Part shown: positions 27,501 to 41,409 of the stretch, one piece after another | Position numbering within the stretch: position 1 is the stretch's first letter | How the letters are laid out: the number at the start of each line of letters is the position of its first letter | Assembly (NCBI GenBank): GCA_023213395.1 | Contig: CM041465.1 | Coordinates: 192,145,741 to 192,209,740, forward strand | Reading direction: 5' to 3' | Source of the DNA: Cycas panzhihuaensis | Taxonomy: Eukaryota > Plantae > Cycadophyta | Length of the DNA: 64,000 nucleotides | The notes under the pieces: model-generated | Databases searched by the model: none | The model's input: the letters and a program-made list of their open reading frames with translations, nothing else | Told to the model about the DNA's origin: nothing | Translations under genes and position numbers: made by a program

Positions 27501-29524
27501 GAAGGAAAACTAACCTGATTATGTTTTCCATACACAATGCTCACAGAAATCAAAATCAAAGGAGTCATTAATTCTAGAGATGTCTTCTACCATACCTTTA
27601 GAGAATAAATCATGGAGGTCTTTCTCTCTAATATGGCCTAATCTTTGATTCCATAGCATAGTTTTACTAGTAAGTGATGTTTGAGTCCTCCCTACATTAT
27701 TGATACTTTTCATAATAGCTGGATTGCAACTACTAGCACACACTATGCTTACATCAAGCTTGTATAGTGTTCCAAATAGAAGCCCTCTTACTAACGCCAA
27801 TGCTCCTCGAGCCATTCGACAACTATTTTTATTAAAAACCACTTCTATTCCTACAACACCCAATTGACTGATAGACAATAGACTCATAGCTCGACCAGGA
27901 ATATAAACTCATATCAAGGATAGTTTTAACCTTTCCATCCCCAAATTGAACCTTTACCCTTCCATAACCCATAATTTTAAATGGGTAATAATCCCCAAGA
28001 AATACTTTACCTCCATCAATACTTGTGTATTCACAAAACCACTCCCTGTGGGGAGTAATATGAAGCGAAGCACTTGAGTCAATTAACCAAGACTCAACAT
28101 TTGACAACTTACCCAAGGTTACCAAATAATCATTGCCATCAGCTTCATCGGAGGCCTTTGCTATTGTGGAAGAAGTAACTTTAGGTGACTTTCTCTTATT
28201 AACCTTAACTCAACACTGGCTCTTCATATGGACAACCTTCCCACATCTCTAACATACCAAGGGGCCTCTGCCTGGAGATTTGTTTTTCCTCTAGATTTTG
28301 ACCATCTATTCTTAGGCCTTTATTGGTCGTAATCTAATGTACAACCTCTTATCGCTTATTTTGAATAATCCTTAAAAGATTTTTACCTTGTCTCTTCTAA
28401 TAGTAGAGCAGTAATAACATTATCAAATTTTAGGGTGGGAGAAATCGTGCTACTAATAATCATCACAAGATTATCTCATGAATCAAGAAGCGAACATAAT
28501 ATAATAATACACTTATCTTTTTTAAACATTGTTACCCCAACTGAAATAAGTTGGCTCACCACGGTGTTAAATGCAGTGAGATGATCTGTAATTACATCTC
28601 CATCACTCATCCTGAGTGAATACAATATTTTCTAAAGAAATAACTTATTAATGAAGGACTTAGTCTGATACAAAGCCTTTAACTTTCTCCACAGATCTTT
28701 AGTCGTAGACTCTATGGCAACATTCAGCAACATCGTGTCTGAAAAGTATAACCTTATCGAACTGATTGCTTTTTAATCAAGCTTCTTCCTATTTTTATCA
28801 CCCATAGTTGCAAGCTTTATTCCTACCACAGTGATCTATTGATCCTTCTTGATGAGGATATCTTCCATCTTAAGCTTCTATGACTTAAAGTTTTGGCCAT
28901 TAAACTTTTCAATCTCTATCTTTGTAGTACTTGCCATGATCTTCGTACTCAAGTTCACAAAACAAAGCTTCCATTTATCAAATGGCTTTCTATAAAACTA
29001 AAACCCTTAACTTTGATACTAGATAAAGAGAAAATATAACTGTAGAAGCAATGTGATAGTAGAACTTTAAACCATGCAAAGCACAAATAGCATAAACAAG
29101 TCAAGCACTCAATAAAGAACATCAGGAGATTTAGGTCTAAGCATAGAATTTTTATTAATCTGAGTAATAATTAAAGAATTACATAGATGAACAAACCCCA
29201 ACTCTTCTCATCAACTCATGAAAGACTCATCCATAACCATGTTATATATGCTAATACATAAGAATATATAGATACAACATTACAAGATACCACATTATAG
29301 TTTTACAATACAATGGGCATAAACCACGGGCTGATAAAGACTTCCATAAGACACCCAAAAAAATTTCTCGAGGGTTCTTGCCCTTGAACCTCCACCTAAG
29401 GGGCTACTAACCCCCTAAACCCCCTAGTTGGGGGCCCTATAATAGCCCCCTAGACCCCAAAAAGGGGCTTGGATGTAATGCTTATACCCATATAATACTT
29501 GCAAAGTGTTCAACATATCTAACA
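24596..29524 (-). mobile_element. Full-length decayed Tnt1/Tork-like Copia, copy 2 (same family as 1975-6938)
   Basis: LTRs 24596-24967 and 29024-29524; TSD AGCTC (24591-24595/29525-29529); degenerate PBS 29010-29021; PPT atctcccactt at 24968; colinear with copy 1. Confidence 0.95.
24990..28937 (-). pseudogene. Copia gag-pol polyprotein, disrupted
   Basis: WLIDSSAS, LWNQRLGH..CEHC, LVHTDVF..FVDDFSRK, YKACLVAKGYSQ, VDWTGDLDSRRSTS. Confidence 0.92.
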
Positions 29525-31249
29525 AGCTCTGATACCATGTTGAAAAATAAACCAGCTATGAATACAATGGACTAAATGAGTGAGTGAATGAATAAAGAAA
29601 TAAATCACAATGAAAATGAAGCATGTACATGTTAATATAATGGGATGGAAGAATGGACAAATTTTAAATTAGAATAAGGATGATGTATATACTTATAGTA
29701 CAACTCACCACATGTATGAGAACCCTTAATGGTCAACTTATTGTGAGTTGGAACATGCTTTTATATGGTATATAACTCAAAAAGACCTCAACTATAAAAT
29801 AAAAATAAGTTAGAGAGAATGTGAATATAGATAGATATGTAATTGGGTATTACATCCAATAAAAATGAGGTTCTTTATTTATGCTTTATATTTTGTAACT
29901 TCATATTTTATTCACATGTATTTTCTACTTGGTAGTTTATTGTGAGTTTACAAAATGTTTACTTTTGCCTATTATTCTTTTATTTCATAAATTTGAAACT
30001 TTGGCATTATAATCTATACTTAGTGGTTTATGTGCAAATTTATAAAAGAGTATTCACCCATGATGTTATTTTGTAATTTTACAACTTAGTTATTCTATGT
30101 ACTTGCTTAGTGGTCCACTTACAAAATTGCGATGGGTTCATTACTCATATACTTTGTTTCTGTGACTTCATAAGATGATGTTTGAAGAGTTCCACCTAAT
30201 GACTTATTTGTAAATTTATGAGAAACTCTTACTTACAAATTTACTTCACAATTTTGCATCTTAGTCTTTTTAACTCTACCTTTGATGACCCATTTACAAG
30301 TTTGTAAAAAACTTTCTTTAAAAAAAATCCACTTAGAGGTCCACTTCAAATATTTATAACTTTTATCTCCAATGTCCATTTTTAGTGTTCCACCATTCAT
30401 TAGAAAGCTAGAAATCTCTTTTTTTACTTGGTGGTTTTATCTTCTATAAATTATGTGATAGACAATGAATCTTACACCTTAAAAAAGTCATGAAAGTCTT
30501 TGAATCTAACACCCATCGTTATATTCATTTCCCCCCTATTATTCTCTTATTCATATCATATGCTCCCCTATTTGTAGTACCCATTTAAGTAATTTGCATA
30601 CTTTTATATTATGTAAGTAATAAACAAAGAGTGATTTTATAATAGGTAAGGTGTTGAAAAAAAGAAAAAAGACAAATAACTTAAGTCTAAATAGACTACA
30701 ATCTTTATATATAAATAGTTACTAAGATAAATAATCATAATGGTTCATCCTCACACCTGATGAAGTATTTATTATGTATTCACCTCATATGAGATGAATA
30801 GAACTTGAAATACTTTACATATTTTCTAGAGTTATGGCATGACCAAGGATGGTTAAGGAACTAGGTCCTTACATTCATCTAATTGTATAAATCTCTACCT
30901 CTATAATATAATTATGTAAAGTAAAACAATTGTTAATATCTAGTGACACATAGAAGAGAACATTTTTAAATTTGAGAGGTGAGATGGCTGCCTCAATTAC
31001 CTCTCCTTCAAGCATAGCATTCAATTATTGTTCCACTTTCTGTAAAGCTTTGTTAGTCTCTCTTTCTATTCTAATAACCTGATGGCTTCATACACACTCA
31101 AACCTAATAGATTGCATAATCCTTAAGGATGTCATAGCTATCATTAGTCTTGTCTATAGAACTACTAATATTCTAAGACTATAAACCATTTATGGTATTT
31201 TAAATCCCTCTTAAGATGTTATAATTTCTTAAAGAATTTAAAGGAGTAG

Positions 31250-32300
31250 AAGTCCTTGGATTAATAGAAGTAAGCTTACATCAATTAATGTCATGGCCTC
31301 CTTGTTTAGATGACATATCTTAGTAGTCTCAAAATCAAATTCTCCCTCTCCCACATAAGCTGATATATCCCCATCTAAGTCAAATGAGATTGATGTAACG
31401 GCTTGTTTATTTCCATCTAAGCCACCAACTATTTCTTTGAATCTAATAGCCTATTCATCAATCATTTAAGGATTAAGTTTAATGTTAGTGTTTCCATTAA
31501 AGGGTTTATCCTAAGGCCTTTCTAAAATAGTAAGCTTCTTTGAGCATTATTCTTTTTCTTACTTTTCTAAGAGCTATATCTCATTATTCATTCTTTTTAA
31601 TAGTGTTTAAGTCTAAGAATTAAGACTAGTTAACAAGTCTCATTCTTAGAAGTCATCAATAAGGAAAACCTATTTTACTATCCTTTATCATTATTTCCTC
31701 AAATTTAAGAACCATTAGTTTTGTAATTCGAATATCTTTTAGTGACTTAAAATTAACCAAAAATCTAGTTTCTGAATCTAGTCCCTTCATAAACCATCCC
31801 ATTTGTAGTACTAGTGTAGGATGATAAGCTTAGTTAATAGAGTTCATAGTTTTATAAAATTTTACAACATAATCTTTAACACTTTCTTTTATACCCTTCT
31901 TTATGGTTGAAATGTTGTTCACCAAAGAAGTGGTTAATTTTTTATTGAGATAGATAGGATGAAAATAATTCATCAAAGTCTGTTGGTTAGTAATGGATCT
32001 AGTTGGTAATATTTTAAACCATTAAGCTACTTCTCCTTCTATAGTATTAGCAAACATGCAAACAACCACATATATATTAGTGATATTAAACATCTTGCAT
32101 ATGGTTGAGAAGTTTCCAAGATGTTGTTCTTCTGTGATCCTTCTAACTCCCCTAAACTTAACATACACATCTTATAACTTGTTTGGAACATCATTTATAA
32201 TTATTCCTAAAGCTAATAGATCATTAATAATCTAAAGTGTGTAATCTCTTTCCTTATGCAAATTAGCCATTAGGCCTCCTCCTTGATTAAGATTGACCAT
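31250..32300 (-). pseudogene. Old Ty3/Gypsy gag remnant (Retrotrans_gag-like)
   Basis: Minus-strand translation ~32190-32020: PNKL*DVYVKFRGVRRITEEQHLGNFSTICKMFNITNIYVVVCMFANTIEGEVA*WF. Confidence 0.6.
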
Positions 32301-34167
32301 TTCAACTTCAAAAATCCATTAGTTTTTCATTATCATTTATTTATTTCTTGAAATGAATTTAAAACTCTTAAAATATACTTGTGCCTTAGCTTATTAGGGG
32401 TATAGACTACTTAAGAATTCGATGAATTTTCAAACCACTAGTACAAAAAGTGGAATAGTAAAATTTACCCAAGTCATGAAACTTAAAATGTCTCCCCAAT
32501 ATAGTCATTAATTTATTACTCTATGAGTTTATACTCTTTGAGGAATAGGAAATGAGAATTGATCTACATTATTTAAGTGCTTAATATATAAACCTACTAA
32601 AATAATGAAGGGTTTTTATATCCATTTTCAAGGATGGTTCTCTTGTATGTATTCAATCTATAAAGAACTATTTACAATAGCTAACTATGATTTAGCCTAA
32701 AGTTCTATTTATTATGGATACAATAATATAAAAATTTATAAGATAATAGAAATAATGTGAAATGAGTAAAAACAAATAATTAAAATGTCAAAGAAAATAC
32801 TTTTAAATAAGCCCAAACCATTATTACAAGGTTTATTGGATTGTATATTCATGACTTTATATGCTTATAACTGAATAACATGACATTAAGACATATATAA
32901 AAGCATCAAAGTGCTAAAGTTGATGGAATCAGGGGATAGAGCGAACAAAGAAAATGCATGAGAGAGTTAACAATCAATTCGATGGAGTGATGGTGTTGAT
33001 GAACACTAGGATCTTTCGACCCCATGAATAAATAGGCAGGATGTTGTACACCATTCAACATCTACCATTAACTAGAGCTGACAAATGCTAGAATGGGTGC
33101 TGCTAATATTTGACAAAGTCTGGCTAGGGTTAGACATAGAGATGCCATGATATCTTGACCAATATCTAGGATATCACCCTAATGTGGGTAATCAACCCTA
33201 GATGGATATGAGCCCCAATAGGCATTATTCCAATATTTCTCTCCCATAATTCCCATTTGAGGAGACTCCAAGTTTATCTCTAAATTTGATAAACTTTATA
33301 TCGCCAAATACCTTTATGAATATATCTTCCACCTATTCTTTTATGCTATAATAGACTAATTCAAGTTTGCTTTGCTGCATCAATTCTCTAATGAAGTGAT
33401 AATGTATTTCAATGTGCTTTGTCTTACTATGAAATAATGGATTTTGAGTAATCTAAATTGTGTTTTGATTATCGTAAAGTATATGAGTGAGACTAATATG
33501 TTTTTCTTATAAATCCTATAGCAATCTTCTAAGTCAAACTATTTTACATGCTTTTATTATAGTTGCTTTATACTCTACTTTTGTAGTAGATAGAGATATT
33601 GTGGCTTATTTCTTTGAACTCCATGTAACTGCAGCTAAACCCAAACTAAATGTATAACCAAAGGTAGATTTCCTATCATCTATATAACCTCCCTACTCTG
33701 AGTTTATATATCCAACCAATCTGTAGTCCCCTCATAACCTGTAATGTAATCCATATCCAATTGTACCTTTGAGATACCTAAGAATTCTTTTGGCTATTTT
33801 CCAATGTTTTACCTTAGGCTTATGCATGAATTTAGAAACCACATTTACTACATACATTATATCTGGTTAAGTTGAAGTCAAGTAAATTAGACTCCCAATC
33901 AATTGCATATAGAGTGTAGGATCAACTGATTTTGATTCCTCAAACTTGGACAACTTCAACCTAACTTTTGTTAGAGTTGCAAATGACTTGCAATCACTCA
34001 TGTTGAACTTGTGTAATAAGTCTAATGTGTATTTCCTTTAGGAGATAAATATCTCCTTTTCATCATGCCAAACTTTTATGCTTAAGAAACAATACATTAG
34101 TCCCAAGTCTGTCATCTCAAATTCCTTATACATATCATTTTAAAAATTTTGGGACAAGTGTTCATCA

Positions 34168-37100
34168 TGTTAGAAAAATAATATGTTATGCATGCAAGAA
34201 ATAAAATATGATGGTGAGTGAATGATGCAATAATAAAGCACAAGGAAGATGAAGTATATATAAGTTAATACAAGAGATGGAAAAATGACTAAACTTTAAA
34301 TTACAATGAATGATAATATACATACTTTATAGTATGAGCTCACAATCAATAGGAAAACCCCATTGGTTAATCTTACAGGTAGCACACACCTCTATGTGGC
34401 TCACAATCTCAAGTATAATAATACAAATAAATAAGGAGAGAGTGTATGTGGCAAAAATTATGTAATTGGATATTACACCTAATAATTTCTCCATATAATA
34501 GATAATTATATAAGATAAAATATCACATCAAAATAAGTATCGAGTCTTTAAATGAATGCTAGATTATAAGTTGTTGCAATAATATAATTTGTTGTTAATG
34601 TCCATATAAAGAAAAGTTCATCTACTAGAATGCATGGGTAACTAGTCACTACAACGATCAGTTGAATAAGAACCTTTTTTGGATATATGGTTCAATTAGC
34701 GCCAAGTTAGCTTCACTCTGGGAACATGTCGTCCTGCATAGTTGAACAAGTGAGCTAATGAAAAAATGCAAGAGTAGTTGAAAAGGGATCCTACCTCTTG
34801 CTTAAATAGGACAATATAAGCATCTTCAAATGGCTCTAAGGCCTTACAATGACATTATGGCCTCAAATTACTTTTATGGGCTAAAATCATACCTCCATGG
34901 GCTAAAAACTAACAATAAATGTCAATACATAACTAAAAAAATATATGTGGTTCAAGTCCAATATGAATGACTCTCTCAAATAATGAATTTTAATGTGAAA
35001 TAAGTTTTCTAGAGTTAAAAATGAGCTATTATGAGTCATTATACATGTTATCCTCCCATTTGGGGTACATTATAGCAATGAAATGTATAATAAAGAACAT
35101 GGAACCTTAAAAAATTACATGTGTATGCCTAAAAGTGAAGAAAAATTAAAATTTTGAAAGAAACTTTTGACTTTGGACTAAAAGTTTTACATCAAATCAG
35201 CTCCAAATACTATCAAGTGACTTGCCAAATGAAATATCTCTTAGTTATGAATCCAATGCAATTGATGGAACTAAAAATGGACTTTATATGCTTAAGTTAT
35301 AACTAAAACAACAACAAGGACCTTATGAAAACTAAAAATTGGGGGCTTAGCCCCTTTCATTGGCTAGTTGAAGGTCATATGGATGCCCCATGTGACTAGG
35401 GGCTGATGAACTAAGGGGCTAGGTAGATCTGAAATATTATACCATCTAATTAATTCCATTTTTGCAAATGTAAAAGAAAATATCAATACCTTTTAATAAA
35501 GAATCATATCCACCAAAAAATAAAATATTAAACAAACAATACCCTAAATTTGATTTAGGGTTCTGTAATATTCTTCTCATTCTCTGCATTGAAATTCCTT
35601 CATGTGTGGATGCCATTGCAACATGCCGTTGGTATAGACGTAGACTCTTCATTCTAGTAATTTCGCTTATGTCGAATATTTTCTCGACTATAAGTGCATG
35701 GCTTTTACAAGGATCATCAACCCAGTGTTGGCATTTTTCATCTAATTTGGCATTTTCATAGGGTTATGGTGTGGAGGTATGATAATTTCTAATTTCATCC
35801 CCATCGCTCACCCACACTGAGTTACCCTAAGGATTTATGGTTTAACATAGATAAATTTTTTCAGTATCTCTACAAGCTCTCTTCACCTTTGTTGACTAAG
35901 CTTGATGGCTTCATTCTTGATTTCTTGGACTTTGACGTCACCTACCTATATAAAAGGTTTTGCCAGACACCAAGCAGGAGCCTCCTTTATTAAAATATGG
36001 ATGGAACAACAAGATGCATCTTTCTTGGTAAAATAGGTAGCAACAAGCTCTGTCATTCAAATGGATGAATCATGGAAACAAGAAAAATAATGATTGCAGA
36101 TAGAATACCTAGATTTGGATATATGACCATCATCTGCTTCTCCAACAATGCTCCAATAATAAAGCTAGCACACTTTTAAGAGAACAGATTTGTGCTTCTG
36201 CAACTCAAGTTTAATAGGTTCAAGCTCAAGTTTTGACACAGGCATTTCAATAGTAACATTAGCATAGTAGTGGCATTAAATAGTTTTTTCATAATCAATC
36301 AAAGTTTTCTATACCGAATTTGATGCAAGCTCCAATAATGGGGATCCAACCGACATTGCAACCTCGAGTAATTGTATTGCACTTGTATGTAACTGTAACT
36401 ACTTATATGGCACCTAGAAAAAGTACTTTTTGATGTAGATTGTGTGGTAGTATATATCCTATTTTTTTGTTTATCAACAATATATACAAGAAATTTTAAT
36501 ATTCTATTGGCCTTTTCATAGCCTCAAAAAACTAGCAGCAGATCCTTATGACAGGACACCTGCAAAGGCCTCAAATTTGAGGCTAAAATTACTATGAAAA
36601 ATTAATTTTTTGATAGCAAATAAACATCTTCTATAGGGTAATCATGCCTACAATTTATGTTAAAATTTACTCATTTTTCCTTAAAAAATATAGCTTCAAA
36701 CTATACTTCCTATGACTTCAAACAACATACTTGCATGCTCAAAAAATGGGCCCACATACAACATGAAATCTAGTTACAAAGGCATATAAATCTATAACTT
36801 CAAAATACATTCTATATCAGTTTTAAAATCTTTAAAATAGGCTTCAAAAGTCTTTAAACAACTTCAAAAATAACCTTTGATTAGCAGCTCCAAACAAGCT
36901 CTAAATATCTTTTAAACAACATCAAAACAACCCTTTATAATTTGAAAAATTAGTGATGAAATAGTCCCATATACTTAAAAAATAAAAATGATAATAGCCC
37001 CTTAAACTGTTGATAATAATTGCTTAAAATGTGCATAAAATACAATAGCAAATAACTTCAAGAATCTTGAAATAATACTTAAAATGGACAAGATCAGGTT

Positions 37101-37520
37101 ACTTAATCAAGCATTAAAATCTAGTTCCTCAAATAGCTTGATAAGACTCTAAAAAATTAAAAGAATAATATGTACAGAGGCTCTAAAATGTTTCTCTTAA
37201 GGATTCAAACTTTGGGCTCTAATACCATGTTGGAAAAGTAATATACTATGTATACAAGAAATGAAATATGATGGTGAGTGAATGATGCAATAATGAAGCA
37301 CAAGAAAGATGAAGTATATACAAGTTAACACAAGAGATAGAATAGTGATCAAACTTCAAATTAGAATGAATGAGCTCATCATCAATGAGAGAACCCTGTT
37401 GGCCAATCTTAGAGATAGGACACATTTCTATATGCCTCACAACCTCAAATATAATAATACAAATAAATATGAAGAGAGTGTAGGTGGGGATAATTATGTA
37501 ATTGGATATTACATACAATA
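34168..37520 (-). mobile_element. Non-autonomous LTR element B (same family as A), nested in the Copia family 3 RT
   Basis: LTRs 34168-34484 and 37228-37520; TSD CATCA (34163-34167/37521-37525); PBS gctctaatacca 37216-37227; interior ends homologous to element A. Confidence 0.9.
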
Positions 37521-37525
37521 CATCA

Positions 37526-40500
37526 TTCCTAGTATATACTTGGTCATCAACATATAAGCCTATAATAAGTATAAAGCTTCCTTCTATCCTAATGTATAAA
37601 TTAGGATCAGATTAACTCATTTAAAATCTTTTATCCTTAAAATATTTATTATTTCTATAGTATCGTTATCTAAGTGCTTACTTAAGCCCATATAAGGCTA
37701 TTTTAAGTTTGTAGACCTTGTTTTCTTCACCTTTCACTTCAAAACCTTTAATTGTTAGACATATATCTTTTCATCCACATAGTCATTTAAGAAAGTACTT
37801 TTTACATCCATTTGGTAAATAATCCAACCTTGTTGTGTAATTAAAGCCATTACCAATCTAACTGTTTCTAGCCTTGTAATTAGTGTGAATGTCTCACTGT
37901 AATCTACGGTCTTAATTTGAGCATAGCCTTTAGGAACCAACCTTGCCTTATATTTGTCAATTGTTTCATCTAACTTATACTTGGTCTTATAGACCTATTT
38001 AGTTTTAACAGTATTCTTGTTTGATGGTAGATCCACTAACTCCCATGTATTATTTTTTACTAAGGCATTATATTAATCCTTCATTACTTCTTTTTATTCA
38101 TCATGAATGTTAGCCTCTTCAAAGTTATGAGGTTCATTCGACTCTATAACTTGAGTCATCAATGCAAAATTCACCCTTTGAGATATTATAGTCCTTCTCT
38201 CAAAGTTGATGTCCAAAATATTTGAAGGGTCATATGACCTTTGTACCCACTCAAGGACCCTTTAATTTGAAGTAGAGTGTTTTGCTTCATTTATATTAGG
38301 TATATTTGTAACCATGATATTTTTTCCTTTATCTTTTTTAACAACTTCTTTCTGATAAAACTCATATTCTTTAAAAATAGCATCCTTACTTATAATTATC
38401 TTCTTACCTTTTGGATCATAAAGTTTATAGGATCTAGAAGAGTCATTAAATCTTATAAAGATACATTTGATGCTCTTATCACCCAACTTAGTTCTCCTTT
38501 GATCTAGGATATATACAAGCTATGCATTAAAAAATCTTTAAGTGTTTAATGCTTGGCTTATATCTTATCTAAGCTTCTTCTAGTGTAACCCACTTAACCA
38601 CCTTAGTGGTACACTTATTCATCACATAAATACCAATATGTATAATGTTAGCCCAATATTCACTTCCTAAATGATTATCTTTAGCATACTTTTGGCCATT
38701 TTAATAATTGTTCTATGTTTTCTTTCAACAACCCCATTTTGTTATGAGGTATAAGGATTAGTGAGCTACTTTCTTATGCCATAATAGCTACAATAAGCCT
38801 TGAATTTATTTGAAATGAATTCTTCCCCATTATCTGATCTTAGGGTTAGAATTCTAAGTCCACTTTGCCTTTCTATCAAAGTTTTGAAGTCCATGAAGTA
38901 TTATAGAGCATCTAATTTGAATTTGATGAAGTAGACCCATGTCATCCTTGTGAAGTCATCAATAATTGTTGTGAAGTACTTAGCACCTCAAAGTGAGGGC
39001 ACATCCATTAGACCACATAAGTTTGTATATATTAATTGAAGGGGCCCATTGGCACTATAACTTTCATTAGGAAATCCTTCCATTTACTACTTTCCAAGTA
39101 TGCATCATTCATATAATTTCTTACTAAGTTCAATAATAGGAAGTCCAATTACCATATCCATTCTTTTTATTAAGGCCAAACTATTATAATTTACATGGGC
39201 AAGTCTTTTATACCATATTTTATTATCCACATTTGTTGAAACCTTTAAGGCATAATAATCTATTGGAGGTATGATTAGTTTGAATAACCTATCATTAGTT
39301 ATTTAACCTTTAGCTATAATTATCTTGTTCCTTAATTTGTCCTTAATGGTGTATTTCCTATTATCAAAGATCACTTTATATTTCCATTCCATCATTTGAC
39401 CCACTAAAAGTAAGTTCTTCTTAAGGGTTGGAACATGTAAAATATCATTTATGCTCCTAGTTTTCTAAAATCAATTGTTATGGAGACATTTCCTTTTATA
39501 ACAACTACTTGAGTGGTATTATTCCCAAACATAATTTTACTTTTCTTAGAGTTATCTAACTGCTTAAACCACTCTTCCTTATATGTCAATATGTGTGGAA
39601 CATCTTAAATCGATATCCTACCTATCTTCTTCTTCATTGGCCATAAAGCTTGAAAGAAACAATCTATCATTTTATCTTTCTTCCATAGTTATGTTAATTG
39701 TTTCCCTTTGTGAACTTGACCTTTTAGAAAAATAATTTTCCTCTAAATGATAATTCTTATAGCAGTAGGAACATTGAATGGTTCCTCTACCTCTTAGACT
39801 CCTACCTCTTTGTCTTTGGTTTCTCCCCCTAAGACCTTAACCTCTTCCTCTTCCTTAAAGTCCATAGTTTTAGCTCTAACATTGGCCTTAATAGTACCTT
39901 TAATCTTGGTATTGATTTTGCCCTTGATAAAATTAATTTAGGTCTTATCCTTGATAGTTGCCTTGACCTTGTATTTGTTAACCTTAATAATAACCTCAAA
40001 AGCCTTGACCTTATCTTTAAAACAAGTTTTTTAATTGGCCTTTACCTCTAGGGGATTGACCTCTACCCTAGAACTTCACCTTTAGTAATTGGGTCTATTT
40101 TTTGCTTTAGTGGTAAAAGTATACTTAAGGGATTCATTTTCTCCTTTCTTTTCTTCAACTCCTAGACGTATAGTACTTAGTTAATCTATTTTGAGGGTGA
40201 TAAGGTCCTTAGGAACTTGTATGCTAGTGGCCACCATCTTAAACCTCTTAATATCATCTCCACACTTTAATATTTTTTCAACTACTCTTTGTTCACTAAT
40301 CACTTCTCCTAAGGATCTCATCTAGTTAACTAAGCCATGGACCTTAGTAATAAAATCATTAACTCCTTTATGAGTTGTCATCCGCATATTTTTAAATCTA
40401 CTTCTTAAAGCTTAAAATTTTAATGATGTCCTTTGTGTATCATCTTGAGTGCATCTTAAGCCTCTTTTGATGTTGCAACTTCATTGACTGTTAAGAAGAT

Positions 40501-40734
40501 ACAGTCCTCCAATGCACAAAATATGAGTGTAAGTGCCTCATTATCCTTCTTTTCATTCTCCTTAGAGCATTTCTTCTCGTTATCTATGGCATATTCATCA
40601 ATCGATCCATAATCAGTATCAACAAGATCCCATATATCTTTGGCAATAAAGGTTGGCTTCATTCACATACTCAAATTAAGAAAAATCATGCTATCAAATT
40701 TAGGCATCATTACATTTCTAATATTTAATGCCAT
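37526..40734 (-). pseudogene. Copia family 3 gag-PR-IN-RT(N-term), heavily decayed
   Basis: FIAKDIWDLV..KKDNEALTLIF (gag); GDKSIKCIFI..SYKLYDP (IN C-term); KGYAQ..VDYSETF..RLETVRL..YQMDVKSTFLN (RT). Confidence 0.88.
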
Positions 40735-41409
40735 AGTAAAAGTATTGCCTTGAAAATTAGCCTTTTGAAATGTAAAAGTGCTTAAAACAAAGTGTAATCA
40801 AAGCACTAAAAAAGAAATAAAAGAGATGCTCAAAAGTAATAAGATTTGTTCTACTTCACCTCTAAGACTTAGACAAATATTTTAATTGAGACTTCAACCA
40901 CTTGAAAAATAATATTTTATATTAGTGAGAGCTTACAAACTAAATTTTGACTAGTTCATATAAGGGATATCACGAAAAAAACCCTTAACTAGTTCCAATT
41001 TTGAACATAATAAAAGTTATAGAAGATAACTTCAAAAAATTTTAAAGCCTTAACCACTTAATAAATGATAGAACATAGACTTCAATGCTTTAGACAAGAC
41101 TCAATTTTGATATCAGATGGTCAAGATATGCATTAAAATGGTTACAGAAAAAATTAACCTTTTAATATTAAAGGTTTAAATAAATTTTGCATCAACTTAA
41201 ATCATTAAAAAGCACATCAAATTAAAATGAACTATGGTCGTATAACCATTCATTTTATTCAAGTGAAAATGAACTTTGTCCTAATGCTAATAGAACTGAA
41301 TTTTGACTTTGTTGGTGAAAGTTGTGGTCACTGAAACAGAGAGAACTCCTATTTTTTATTAGCAACTTTAAAAAGTAACTTGGCCCCCTTTAAAAAATAA
41401 TCTTTTGGT

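Larger units (their letters stand above)
22215..29861 (-). mobile_element. Non-autonomous LTR element A (LARD/TRIM-like, ~2-kb non-coding interior), interrupted by a Copia at 24596-29524
   Basis: LTR core 22248-22569 aligns with 29538-29861; PPT ttcccccc at 22570; PBS units at 24526, 24559 and 24592/29526; probable TSD aaaag/aaaat; no recognisable gag/pol. Confidence 0.82.

Noticed and set aside
6541-29030. Both Tnt1-like copies have TA instead of TG at the inner end of the 5' LTR
   Set aside because: Explained by C-to-T deamination, which is pervasive here; other LTR ends show the same change.
30757-30810. CTGATGA...GAAA flanking a 24-bp near-palindrome (30777-30800): possible hammerhead ribozyme
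   Set aside because: Stem II does not close properly next to the core, and I found no stems I/III or cleavage triplet.
39780-40080. Low-complexity ccttga/cctct repeats
   Set aside because: This is the ordinary RGRG/QGQG-rich linker of Copia gag before the zinc knuckle.
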